A stretch of DNA of 63,876 nt, the filler included, from Lophium mytilinum (taxonomy: Eukaryota), in the NCBI GenBank assembly GCA_010093605.1. It is 17 parts of 12 records of this genome, joined end to end, with 100 filler letters (N's around TTAATTAATTAA, not from the genome) between each part and the next. Parts side by side here need not be neighbours in the genome. Positions count along the whole stretch, not along the records: positions 24,279 to 27,803 come from MU004205.1; positions 27,904 to 34,919 come from MU004205.1; positions 35,020 to 36,998 come from MU004206.1; positions 37,099 to 38,926 come from MU004206.1; 13 more parts are not named here. One strand, 5' to 3'. Below, one piece after another: positions 24,539 to 37,206 of this stretch. Made by a program: the position numbers and the translations under genes. The first letter of the stretch is position 1, and the number at the start of each line of letters is the position of its first letter. Under the pieces are notes generated by a model. It ran no database searches. It saw nothing but the letters and a program-made list of their open reading frames with translations, and was not told the origin of the DNA.

Positions 24539-27500
24539 AGAAGCGAGTTTAATATAGAGAAAATTAACCTTTAAGAATTACGTGCAGCATAACCTTACAC
24601 CGCCGCATTTAACTACTATAATATAAAATAGAGTATACATGCAAAGAATAATACTTAAAACGTAATATAATAGTGTTCTATTAACTTTAATTTAATTTAT
24701 AAGCCGTAGTAGTAGCTTAAGGTAGGTATAGAGAGGCTATAGGGTGCACAGGTATAGAATGGAAATTACTTAAAGGGTTTAGCGTAAGAATAGCCTCGCG
24801 CTTAAGAATTAGTGCAACTACTACTGCATGCAACTACTATAACGTAGTATAGAAGAAATATATAAAGGATTATATATAATATATAATATAATAGCGATCT
24901 ATTAACTTAGAATTAATATATAGGCTATAGTAGTAGTAGCAGTTATATATAGAGATAAGATTCTAAATAATAGAAGTTACTTAAAGAGTTTAGTGTAATA
25001 CTAGCCTTATACTTAATAAAGACCTTAACTAGCGCTATATAGAACTACTATAATATAAGGTTAAAGATATTTATAAGGAAAATTACTTATTATGCAATAT
25101 AATAGTATTCTAGCAATTTAGAAATATTTTACAGGCTATAGTTATAGCTCTAGGTAGGTGCAGAGGGTAAGAAAAGAGGGCGGCTAGTAGCGTAGAGTAT
25201 AGCTCTATAATTAAGCAGCCTTCTACTACTATATATAATAACTCCTAGATATTAAGATACTATAATAGAGCTATAATACTATATATAGTATGTATAATTA
25301 AATTTAAAGTATTATAGAAAAGGTAAAGTCCTAGTAGTAGGTGCCTATAGAGGGTAATAGATATAATAGAAAGGGTTTTGCGTTATAATAGCCTTGCCTT
25401 AGTATAGGTTGCTACTAGATAGTATTCTTATATAATAGAAATTTTAGCCGTATTAAATAAAATATATAAAGTAAAGGGCAGAATATAGTTTATANNNNNN
25501 NNNNNNNNNNNNNNNNNNNNNNNNNNNNNNNNNNNNNNNNNNNNNNNNNNNNNNNNNNNNNNNNNNNNNNNNNNNNNNNNNNNNNNNNNNNNNNNNNNNN
25601 NNNNNNNNNNNNNNNNNNNNNNNNNNNNNNNNNNNNNNNNNNNNNNNNNNNNNNNNNNNNNNNNNNNNNNNNNNNNNNNNNNNNNNNNNNNNNNNNNNNN
25701 NNNNNNNNNNNNNNNNNNNNNNNNNNNNNNNNNNNNNNNNNNNNNNNNNNNNNNNNNNNNNNNNNNNNNNNNNNNNNNNNNNNNNNNNNNNNNNNNNNNN
25801 NNNNNNNNNNNNNNNNNNNNNNNNNNNNNNNNNNNNNNNNNNNNNNNNNNNNNNNNNNNNNNNNNNNNNNNNNNNNNNNNNNNNNNNNNNNNNNNNNNNN
25901 NNNNNNNNNNNNNNNNNNNNNNNNNNNNNNNNNNNNNNNNNNNNNNNNNNNNNNNNNNNNNNNNNNNNNNNNNNNNNNNNNNNNNNNNNNNNNNNNNNNN
26001 NNNNNNNNNNNNNNNNNNNNNNNNNNNNNNNNNNNNNNNNNNNNNNNNNNNNNNNNNNNNNNNNNNNNNNNNNNNNNNNNNNNNNNNNNNNNNNNNNNNN
26101 NNNNNNNNNNNNNNNNNNNNNNNNNNNNNNNNNNNNNNNNNNNNNNNNNNNNNNNNNNNNNNNNNNNNNNNNNNNNNNNNNNNNNNNNNNNNNNNNNNNN
26201 NNNNNNNNNNNNNNNNNNNNNNNNNNNNNNNNNNNNNNNNNNNNNNNNNNNNNNNNNNNNNNNNNNNNNNNNNNNNNNNNNNNNNNNNNNNNNNNNNNNN
26301 NNNNNNNNNNNNNNNNNNNNNNNNNNNNNNNNNNNNNNNNNNNNNNNNNNNNNNNNNNNNNNNNNNNNNNNNNNNNNNNNNNNNNNNNNNNNNNNNNTAT
26401 ACCTAAAATTTAAAGTAATATAGAATTAATAGAAGCTATAGAGTAAAATTAAAGTAATAGTAGTAAGTATACTATTATATAGACTATTAAGGAAGCAGTA
26501 GTTAAAGAAGAAGAAGAAGCGGCTAAAGAAAGTAAAGTAAATAAAGAAGTAGCCTAAGTAGATAAAGAAGTAGAAGAGGCAGTATTAAAGTTACTATTAT
26601 CTATATCTTCTACGTTGTTTCCTTATATACCTGCGTTACTACCGCCTCTAGATACTAGAGAGGTGTTGCCCTCTCTATTACTACCTTCTAGCGTAGGGAC
26701 ACCTTAGTAAGCTATAAATAATAATAATAGAGCTCCGGGCTAGGTTCTACCCGCTATACGCTATCTCTATAAAGCGTTTCTTAAACCTATAGCTATACTA
26801 TATATATATACAGGCGTATATACTATTCTTACCCTCTAGAATACTTTATAGATAGCTATAATACTACGCGTAAGTTTACACGCTTAATAAACTATAGCAG
26901 CTCCTACTCCTATATAACTAGAACTAATAATATAATACTAAATACTAGCCCTTATTACTATATTACTACTCTATATACTTACGTAAATAACTAATAAAGA
27001 GATTATAGCGGAATTATTCTTAGCGTAATAAAATAAGGCTGTAGAAGTGCTCTCTAGAATAGACGCTGCGGAATAAATAAATAAGAAGAAAATGCTAGCT
27101 AATATAAGTTAGTTTATGCAACTAGCGTATAATAATAGTTAGGTTTAGATAGAGTAGTACGCTGCCTTATTATCTCTCTGCCTAACGCTAGTGACCGAGG
27201 TCGTAGAAGAGGAATTTACCTAATTTAAGAATAAGGTAGAAGTAGGTATAGATATAGATAAGGTATTAAATAATAGAGTTAAAGAGGGTAGAGAAGGTAT
27301 ATATATATAAGGATAGCAAGATACTATAGATAAATTACCGGGTTTACTTAATAAAGTTATGCTAGAGAATTAAGGCAGTAGGGCAGATAATACAGCCTTA
27401 AATAGTAAAGGCAACAGCGAGATTATAGATAAAGTTATAGATAAGATAAACCCTAATAGGTAAGTATTATAAGCCCTATAGTTTATATAAAGCTAATATA

Positions 27501-29339
27501 TATAGGTATAATAATCTATTAGTAAATACTCTACATGCAGTAAGTATAATCTAATTAGCGTTAGAAGTCTAGTATACTTACTATATATCTTAACTCTTTC
27601 TATTTAGATAATATAGTAGCTAATATTATAATATAGCAAGTAACTATATAATAGTTCCTTAGAGTAGATCCCTTAGCTAAGTTACTAGCTTTCTTCTAGC
27701 TTAGAACCTTCCCTCCTAATAAGAGCCTATTACAGCTAATACAGCCTTCTATTTAATAAGCCAACTAGAGCTATTATAGAGAGAGGATAATCCTAATAAC
27801 TTTNNNNNNNNNNNNNNNNNNNNNNNNNNNNNNNNNNNNNNNNNNNNTTAATTAATTAANNNNNNNNNNNNNNNNNNNNNNNNNNNNNNNNNNNNNNNNN
27901 NNNACCCCTAGAATTCTATAACCTTATATAGCCTTAGATTATTAGACTCCCTTAAGAAGTATAGTATAGCTTAGCTAAAGTTAGAGTACTTAGATTAGAT
28001 AATAACGCCCCTATAACTTAGCCCTTAAGGCGTTAATTAACTGCAAGCCGGCCTTAGGAATTAATTCTAAGCTATATTTACTAAAGCTTAGATCTAGATA
28101 TCTCTTACTAGGGAGGATATAGAGATATAGTATCTATAGTATAGCATTATAGTATAGTATACACTAGCTATTTAACGCGAAAATAGGACTAAAGTATAAA
28201 AAGATTAGCGATTGGCACTACTATAGATAGGTAAGGCAGCTATACTTATTATTAAGGCATACTATACTAATATATATAAGCTTCTAAGTAGATAGTATAT
28301 AGAAGAAGACGGAAATACTAAAATATAATAGGAGAGTAAAGAACTACGCAACTAATTTCTTAAGAGTATTCTAAATAGATCTATAGTTATGCTTTATTTT
28401 AATATGCTTATAAAGCTATATAGAAAGTTAGAACTTATAGTAAGCTATACCTATATGCGGAATATAGCTAGAAATAGTAATATAAATTATCTAAGGTACT
28501 TAACTAGACGCTAAATTAATTAAGTCTAGCTGCTGTTTAATATTACGGATCTAGCTATAGAAACTTAAAAATAGAATAACAGTCCCTTCTATATAAAATT
28601 ATAAAGATTAAATATAATAATTAAAAATAAAGCGTTACTAAAAACAGTAGAATAATTCCTTAATAATCTATAAGCGAGAGCCGCCTTATTACTCTAGGTT
28701 CTTCTAAAATATAATAACAATAAAATTTTAACCACGCGTTAAGCTAAATAAAATAACTTTAAAGATATATAAGATAATATTAGGGGAAGAGATATAATTA
28801 TAAATATATAGTAGATCTATATATAACTACTAAATAGCTACTACTATAAGGTAGCCTAACTAAGCTAATATATTAAAGAACGGGCTTAAGGGGGGGTAGT
28901 TAATCTTAGCATAGACGTAGTTGTAAAGGAAGTATAGAATATAACCTAGGAAAGCCTAGGAAAGTTAAAGATAATAATAATAGAGGATAATATTATAGGC
29001 TCTAGGGGTTAAGTTAATCTAAAATATATCTAGCTTAGGTTTAAGCACTATATACTAAATAGCCTAAGGGCTTATTTAGGCAGGATTTTAATAATTAAAG
29101 AATTCTAGAATTATTTAGTAATATAGAAGGAGCAAGAGGGGGATATAAGTAGTTAGTTATTAGATAAAAAGTATAAGTATAAAGAGAGTTTAGGTAACTA
29201 TAGCTTAGAAATAGAGGACTTAGAGGACTTAGGGTAAGAGGCCTAGAAGAATAAGGCTTAAGTAGAAGAGTTCTAAGAAGTATATAGATTTAAGCGTTAA
29301 TAGATAGACTAGTAGGGGCGGCGTTATAAAGAAGAATTA

Positions 29340-32300
29340 TTAATAAGAAAAATAGTAAAGTAATTAGTATAAGATATAAAGGGCGTTAGTAGAAAGGCTT
29401 CTAGCTAGGCTCTTATATAGTACGTAAATACTTATTTAGTAGGTATATAGCGGTAATATATATAAGAAGAGAGGTAATAATAGGCGTGCTTAATATAAGT
29501 AGTAAAGGGCCCTAGTAGAAAGGCTTTCTAATAAGACCCTTATACTATAGGTAAATAGTTATATAATAACGCGCAATATTCTATTAACCTATCTTAGCGT
29601 AGTGCTATATTACTAGAACTAGGTAATATATAGTATAGTATTATAGATTAACCGCAAACGTTTATATATTAGTAAAATTAAGTAAAACGCTAATATATTT
29701 ATACCTATAATATTTTAACCTTATATAATATATAGCTATTATATTAACCTTAAGAGTTAACTTAAGTAGTTTACTATTAAAGGCTTAGCGTCTTAGCGGC
29801 CGGCGGCTATCGGCCCGGCCGCCTATAAACTTATCCGCTGCCTAGCAGCTTTAACTTCTTTATTTCTATACTAACCTCTCCTTCTATACTACTACACCCC
29901 TATTACTTCTACTTATCTAGCTACCTGCGGAACGGTTGCGCGCTAGTTTCTTACTTGCTAGATAATAGTTAGTAGCTTCCTAGCTATGTTGGAGCCGTAA
30001 TTAGCTTATTTTAGGCGTCTTTTTAGCTAGCGGTTAAGCCTTTTAGTAAGTTTACTATCTAGCAGGTAAAATTAAGTTACATTATAGCTAATTCTACTAA
30101 TAGATTTATTCTATTATAATTTCTCTAAGAGTAGAGTAAGGTAAGCGTATTATAAGAATTATTATAGGAAGGCTTTCTACTAGAGCCCTTTACTAGTCTT
30201 AGTAGATTAGTCTACCTTAATTTTAAAGATATAGCAGCAGGAAATATTAAGAAAATAATAATACTAAAAATACCCGGTATAGTATAAAGAGTTTTAGTAG
30301 AAAGCCTTTCTACTAGGGCTCTTTACCTGCCTCCTTTCTTCTATTATTTAAGATAAGCTAATACATTAATAGGCTAGCTATAAATATCTTAAGTAATAGG
30401 GACCCTAGCGAAGCAGTAGTAAAGGTTACATCCCTGCGCATATTACCTGCAACTAACCTAGTAGATAGCTATAAGAAATAATCTACTTCTTCTAAAGTGC
30501 TAGAAGATTTAAATCCTACCTCTCTACTAGTTACTAAATTAAGAGTTAATGCCTATATTAATTTAAAGCGCAATTAGCCGGCCACTATAATAGATCTAGA
30601 GACGCTTACATTAGTAAATAGTAAAGTAGTTTATCTAGATAGCAATAACTATAGTAATAACTCTAATATCCCTAAGAACTCTAATAAAGAGTAAGAAAAG
30701 CTTTAAGCGCTAGTTACTAGTAGTAGGAAAGATAAAGAGTTAAAGAAGTTATAGGCCTTAGTAAATACGCTGTATACTAGTAGAATAAAGTTAGCTAAGC
30801 TTTATAGTTAAATAAAAGCAGAACTTAAAGTAATTCTAGCTAAGCCTAATTTCTAAGTAATTTAGAATAAGTATAAGAATAGATATTTAGACCTAAAGCG
30901 CGCCATATATAGTTAGAATTAAGGGGCTAGTTTTACTACTATTCTAAACGCTTTTAAGACTAGTAAGTTGCATAATCTATAGTAATATACTACTTCTTAG
31001 CCTAAGACGGATAACTATAAACCTGTAGATTAGGTAGCTTAATTTATTAGTTAATGCTTTAATTACTACTAGAAGCGGTTTAGTGGGTTTTTATATAACC
31101 GCGCTAATATTACTAATAATAAAGCGCTTAGAATCTTCTTTAAATTAAAGAAAAATATAGAATTTAAGAGTGGCCTATCTTAAGCTAGTAGAACCGCCTA
31201 TACTAAGAACTAAATTAAGATATAGAACATTCTTTAAAAAATAAAGCTTAGTCTAGCACTAGCACCTAAGACCCTAGCTAAAACTATTACTTATAGTAGT
31301 AAGAATATTAATAGAAAGCCTTCCTGTTAAGGCCCTTCTAGGCCTCCCTATTAGTAGTCGCCCTCTTATTTTACTAAGGAGGAACTTGCGGCTATTAATA
31401 TAGAGGTTAATATAGATAACCCTATCTAGGGGTTATCTAAAGAGAAAATTGCTATAAACCTAGTTAATAAGAAGAAAGGCAATGTTAATATTACTAGCGC
31501 TAAGTATATTACCGGCACTATAAAATAGGAGCTTAGGTTAGTAATTACGCATGCTAAGCGCACTAGAGCGATAATTAACTAGAACTTATTAAAGTTTTAA
31601 TACAACGCATATTAAGTAATTAGATAGATAGTAGAAGATTTTATATATACTATTAAATAGTATCTAAACATGCGCGCTATAGATCTAAATAAGGATAAGT
31701 ATGCTAATTTAGACAGTATTAAATATGCCTAAGATATAGAGGCTAATATAAGGGCTACCGCTATTAATGTAAAGAATATTATCCCCTTTACTACACTAAC
31801 TATAGTAGATCTTATAACGCAGAGTATACTCCGCCTTCTAATAACTAATAAAGCCTATTAGCTAGATAACCTTAAAGAAGTAATAAAGGCCCTACGCATT
31901 TATAACTATTAGGAACCCCGCCTTATTATAATAAATAGTAATATTTACTTAAGGTAGTAGTAGATTACTGGGGCTTACTATATATACTATATTATATAGA
32001 AAGGCTTTCTTAGTAGGGCTTTAATTATAGATAAGGTTAGTATTAGAAAGATATTTTTAATAGCTACTCTTATTAGATATATAAGTAATTTCTCTTTAAA
32101 GAGTGTTAATAGAAAGCCTTTCTACTACCCCCCTAATAGTTTCTCTTAGTATCTACTAATTTAATTATAGCTTATTACTAAGCGCTAGTATAAAGTTGCG
32201 GATAAGAAAGACCCTAGGCTAGTAAAGCCCTTTCTTTTTCTTATACCTCCTGTTTTAGTATACTAAATAGCAAATAAACTTATAAAGTTTAGTTCTAAAC

Positions 32301-34919
32301 TTAAGCTCTATATCTATTTATTAAAGGGCTAAGTTACTTTCTATAGCGCTACATTTCTATATAATACCTTAACTAGGGACTATCCCTTATTTAATACTAA
32401 AAATAAGGCGAATACTAAGAGTATTATAATCGCCAGCTATTAGGTAATAGCCGGTTAGTATAGTCCCTAGCCTGCATTAAAGTAGTATAGTAATAATAAT
32501 CTTACTAAGCTAAAGAACTAGGTTAAATATTATCTAAGCTCTATCTAGCCTAGTCTCTTAAGTAGCTGTTTTAACGTCTAATTTATAGACGAGTGCTAGC
32601 TTATTAAAAGTAACTAAGTAAACCTCTATCTAACCGCGTTATAGCTTTACTTAGACTTTACTATACTCTATAGTAGGACCCCGCTATATATAGGTATTAC
32701 TAATATACCTACTTATATATCTTTTATAGAACTAAGAGATAAGTATCTATAATTCTGCACGTACCGCTTAAAACCCGGTAAAGCTAAGTTTATTCCAGGT
32801 ACTAATAATCCGTTTAAGCTTCCTAATAACTATTTAGGTATAATTTTCCAGTATATACGCAAGGCTTTTAAAAATTTTATTCTACCTTTATTTAACCCGT
32901 AAGTTATTATATAAAGGGCCCTAGTAGAAAGGCTTCTAGCTAGAGCCCTTATCTCTTCTCTTATTTACTTTAATTTTCTAATATTTCTCTAGGATTATAT
33001 AGGGGCTTTATTTACACTTAATTTTTAGTAAGTATATAATTGCTTGCTTATACCCTTCTATATGCCTAAATAATTCTACTAATCCTGCCACCTAAATTAG
33101 AGGATTACTTCCGCGGTTAGTTATGCAAGTAATTAAGCTATAGCCTATAAAACTAGGCTATATTATCTATACTAATAAATTACTAAGCTACCTTAAGTTA
33201 TTAATAGTTTCTACTAAGAACCGCGTAGGCTAGCGCACCTATATATTTAACACATGCTCTATGCGTGCTCTTAACCTTATAAGTACTACGCTATTTTTAG
33301 TCTACTTTAAGCGCGCTATAATAGTATATCTATAAGAGAAGGTCTTAGATTTAGAGGGTAATAAGATTAAGGACGGCCTAAAAATTATCCCTCTTAAGAA
33401 TAATAGCGGTTACTAGTTAAAGGAAATAGACATTTTACAAGGTATAATAAAGTAAATTACCCGGAATAAGGACGTCTAAACTAACTATAATTAGAAAGAC
33501 TTTAAAGTAAAGTCTATACCCTTTTATTATATTATTGCCCTTTTTATCTATAATGCCTCTAAAGTGGCTGCACTACTATACTATTTAGCTAATAACGTTA
33601 TTAAGCGTATAGAGAAGGTTATTATCTAGACTAACTACCTAGATAAGTAAATAATTCTTACTAAGATTATTAACTATTATAAAATAGATACTTATATACT
33701 AGCCTCTAATCTCTCTACTACTAACCGGGATAACCTTATCTTATTATTTAACGACCCTAACTCTAAAGTAAAGATCCTTATTACTAGTTACTAGGCTAAT
33801 AGAGCTAGGCTTAATCTGCAGTCTACTTATTATAATATATATCTTTTTAACCCTGCAGGCTCTATTTAGATTAAGAAGTAGGTAATAGCGCGTTTATATA
33901 GGATTAGCTAGAAGTTTACTATTATAGTAACCGCGTTCTTTATCTAGGACATATTTAATGCCTTTACTCTCTTACACTAGGTATAGATGGCGCTTCCCGG
34001 TCTTACTACTGCGTTAAATACTAACTAGATTAAGGTGGAGGGGACCTCTAAGGAAAAGCTAACCCTAAATAGCTAGTATACGTAGGTAACCTATAATAAT
34101 AAGAGTATTACACCCCGCCTTATTATAGGCGAAATAGATATTTTAAATATGCTAGTAGAATTATATATTAAGCGCTTTAACTCCCTATAAGATATTCTTG
34201 TATTTCTAATAACCCTTATGCAAGGTAATATAACTTTTTAGTCTAGTAGGTTTAGTAATAAGTTTTAAGAAGAATAAGCGTATAAATTTACTAAATTAAA
34301 ATTAGAAGAAGAGTAGGAGAAGGGTGTAAGTAGAGCGCCTAAGAAACCGCGTGTTAATAAGCTAGGTTTAAGGCTTAAGCGTTATTCTATAAGTAGTAAG
34401 TTCGCCCTTATAGGTTCTAGCGGGAAGGCTTTCTACTAGGGCTCTACTTACCTCTTTATACTTTGCTAATCCGTGTTTTATAGTAAAAGCTACGCTAAAG
34501 CTAAAGCTAAAGACGCTAGAGTAATAAAACGGTAAAGCTTTAAAGTAGAAGCGCAAAGCTAGTACTATACTAGCGGCTACTATTAAGAAGCGCAAGTCTA
34601 ACTCTAAGTCTACTATTATAGTTAAAGACTTAGATTCTACTAAATTTAATATGCCTACCCCTATAAAGAGCGCTACTAGAAATACTTATAGCCCTTTTAT
34701 CTATTAATATAGGCTGGAGCGTAACTCTTTATATTAAGTGCCCGCTGTTTTTAGTAATATAGACGGCGATAACCCTTTTAGTAGGCTAAATAGTAATAAC
34801 TCTAAAGGTAAAGAGTATAAGAATAATACTTTATTTCTTATAAAGTATATAGGTAAGAATTTATCCTAGGGTCTTTTTAAAAAGCCTTTCTACTAGGGCC
34901 CTTTAGTATTACCTATTAT
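29340..34919 (+). pseudogene. Multi-intron SNF2-family helicase pseudogene (core ~31950-33950)
   Basis: Motif I ALIIDKVSIRKI (RIP-reverted approx. GALIADEVGIGKT); Ia KPFLFLIPPVLVY*; II FIDEC*LIK; III SRTP; IV EKVII*TNY; V KILITSY*ANRARLNLQ; VI *VIARLYRIS*. GTAAG...CTAAT...TAG introns. Gene limits uncertain. Confidence 0.85.
29379..34903. repeat. Dispersed 37-bp palindromic motif AAGGGCCCTAGTAGAAAG-S-CTTTCTACTAGGGCCCTT (9 copies here, plus one at 53770-53806)
   Basis: Copies at 29379, 29505, 30154, 30287, 31301, 32099, 32914, 34410 and 34867. Confidence 0.88.
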
Positions 34920-36189
34920 NNNNNNNNNNNNNNNNNNNNNNNNNNNNNNNNNNNNNNNNNNNNTTAATTAATTAANNNNNNNNNNNNNNNNNNNNNNNNN
35001 NNNNNNNNNNNNNNNNNNNTAAAAGTAGCTAAAGAACTTAACCTACTTTTAATAGCGCGGTATAGACTATTAAAGAAAGGCTTAAGTACTCTTATAATCT
35101 ATAAAAAGATAGTTCTCTACCCTTACTACTTACTAGTTCTTATAAGTTATCTACTCTCTATCTACCTTATTCTTATTAAGTATAGTTATTACTAATATAT
35201 ATACTACTAATTCTACCGCATATAAGAGGCTTAAGCGGCCGAATTAGTAATATTATAAAACTTCCTACCTAACTAGCGCCTTCTAGCTATTATCTAATTT
35301 TACGCTAGCTAAGAGAAATATAGAATTTAACCTAGGCTACTTAATACGCATCTAATATTACTATCTTATAGCTATTCTATAACTAGTACTTACCCTAGTA
35401 GCTATCTTCTTAATAATACTAGCACTCTTAGTAGATATCTATTAACTCTATTCTACTAGACTAGTAATATATTACTACCTAGCGCTTACCTTATAGAAGG
35501 GAGTAATACGCTTAGACTTAGTATCTTCTTCTATATTACCTAGATAGTACTTACTTAGAGTTAAAAGTTCTTTACTATAGCTAGTAACTATAGTAGAAAG
35601 TTAGATACTAGAAATTAGTAAGAGGTAATACTTACTTTTAATATATACTATACTATTAGAACTAGAGAAACTAGATATAACTACTAGTATGCGCTTAAAA
35701 CTACGCCTACTATAAAGATTTATACTAGCTATAAAAAATATAGAAATAATAGAAATAATTATATATAGGCTTTAGAGTTATAGTTTAAAAAAGTAAGCTA
35801 TAGTCTTTAATATATAGATACGTTAAGGTTCTAGGCTAATAGAATAGCCTACCCCCTATTAGAATGCGTTGCGTGCTATTAAAGAATAATAAGTGCTATA
35901 TACTAGCCTATAATTTAATATAATCTATAATAATTACTTATAATCTATAAGTTTCTATATAGAGCTAACTAAATTTAACTAGAAATAGAGTATATACCTT
36001 TTACTAAATATAAATACTACTATAAGTTATTCTAAATACTTAGCGCTCTAAATAAATATATACTATACTATAAAAAGCTCCTTAAAATACTATAGCGGGT
36101 CCCGCTTACTAATACTAAAACTACTAGATCTATAATCTAGTCTTATATACTCTATATTATTTAGATAATAGATAGAATATTATTTAGAA

Positions 36190-36863
36190 GGATAAGCCTA
36201 ATTATTACCCCTCTTTTTACTACGTATTACCCCCCTTTTTACTCGATATCACCCCCCCTTAATTAGGCCTAGCTCCGGCCCGTATAAATATTATTCCTCC
36301 AATTAAACTCACTCGTTTGCCTTTTTAAGGCGGAGCTAGGGCTGCATAAAATAGCAAGTACCTATATATTATAAAACGGAAAGGCTGCACTACCTACGCT
36401 AATAGGACTCTATTTACTCTATCTATTATAGCTACTCTACCAGCGGAAGAAGTCTAGATAGCCGCCGTCTAATTGCTAGCTAAAAGAAATATTAACTACG
36501 CCTATAAACTATAGCTTTACACCTAAATACCTTCTAGTTCCTTTACTACGGGCAGTCTCTTTCTTAGGCGTGGACATAGGGGCATCCTTAGGGCCTAGTT
36601 AGCTATTAGGGACTAAGAAAATAAGGTTCTAAGTAGCTATTAGAGTGCCTGCTTATCCGGTATAGTAGTAAGGCTAGTAATATATTAAGAGAGAGTGCGG
36701 TAGTAATATAAATTTCTTATTAAGCACGAGCAGGCAAGTAAGTAAGTTAGATTAGTAGAATAATATTCTTACGGGCCGAAGCTAGCCTAATATAGGGGGG
36801 GTGATATGGAGTAAAAAGGGGGGTAATACGTAGTAAAAAGGGGGGTAATAATTAGGCTTATCT
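36190..36863. mobile_element. Non-autonomous TIR DNA transposon (MITE-like)
   Basis: ~100-bp terminal inverted repeats (GATAAGCCTAATTATTACCCC... / ...GGGGTAATAATTAGGCTTATC). Flanking direct repeat (T)ATTTAGAA of 8-9 bp. No ORF. Superfamily (Mutator or hAT) undetermined. Confidence 0.88.
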
Positions 36864-37206
36864 ATTTAGAATACCTAGATTACTACTAGTAAGTCTACTT
36901 CTACTAGCTAACCTCTATAATAAGATAGAGTATAAGATAAATAGAATAGAGCTATATATTTCTAGTAAACTAGAAGAGTACTAAAGTCTACCTTCTATNN
37001 NNNNNNNNNNNNNNNNNNNNNNNNNNNNNNNNNNNNNNNNNNTTAATTAATTAANNNNNNNNNNNNNNNNNNNNNNNNNNNNNNNNNNNNNNNNNNNNTA
37101 AATTTACTAGCTACTTAAACTTACTACCTCCTAATTACTTTCTTTTCTTAATACTTTATAGTAATTAACTTAAAATAGCGCCTATAGTAAGTATATTATC
37201 TATACT

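Noticed and set aside
31997..32022. Apparent extra copy of the intronic palindrome (AGAAAGGCTTTCTTAGTAGGGCTTT)
   Set aside because: Reads in frame as KGFLSRAL leading into SNF2 motif I and lacks the left arm; likely coding coincidence.
34368..34595. 75-aa hydrophobic minus-strand ORF resembling a small secreted protein
   Set aside because: Antisense to the SNF2 relic, spans a + strand intron and has no true ATG at the listed start.
29379..34903. CRISPR-like interpretation of the 37-bp palindromic repeats
   Set aside because: Spacing is irregular (~100-1500 bp), the context is eukaryotic, and there are no cas genes.
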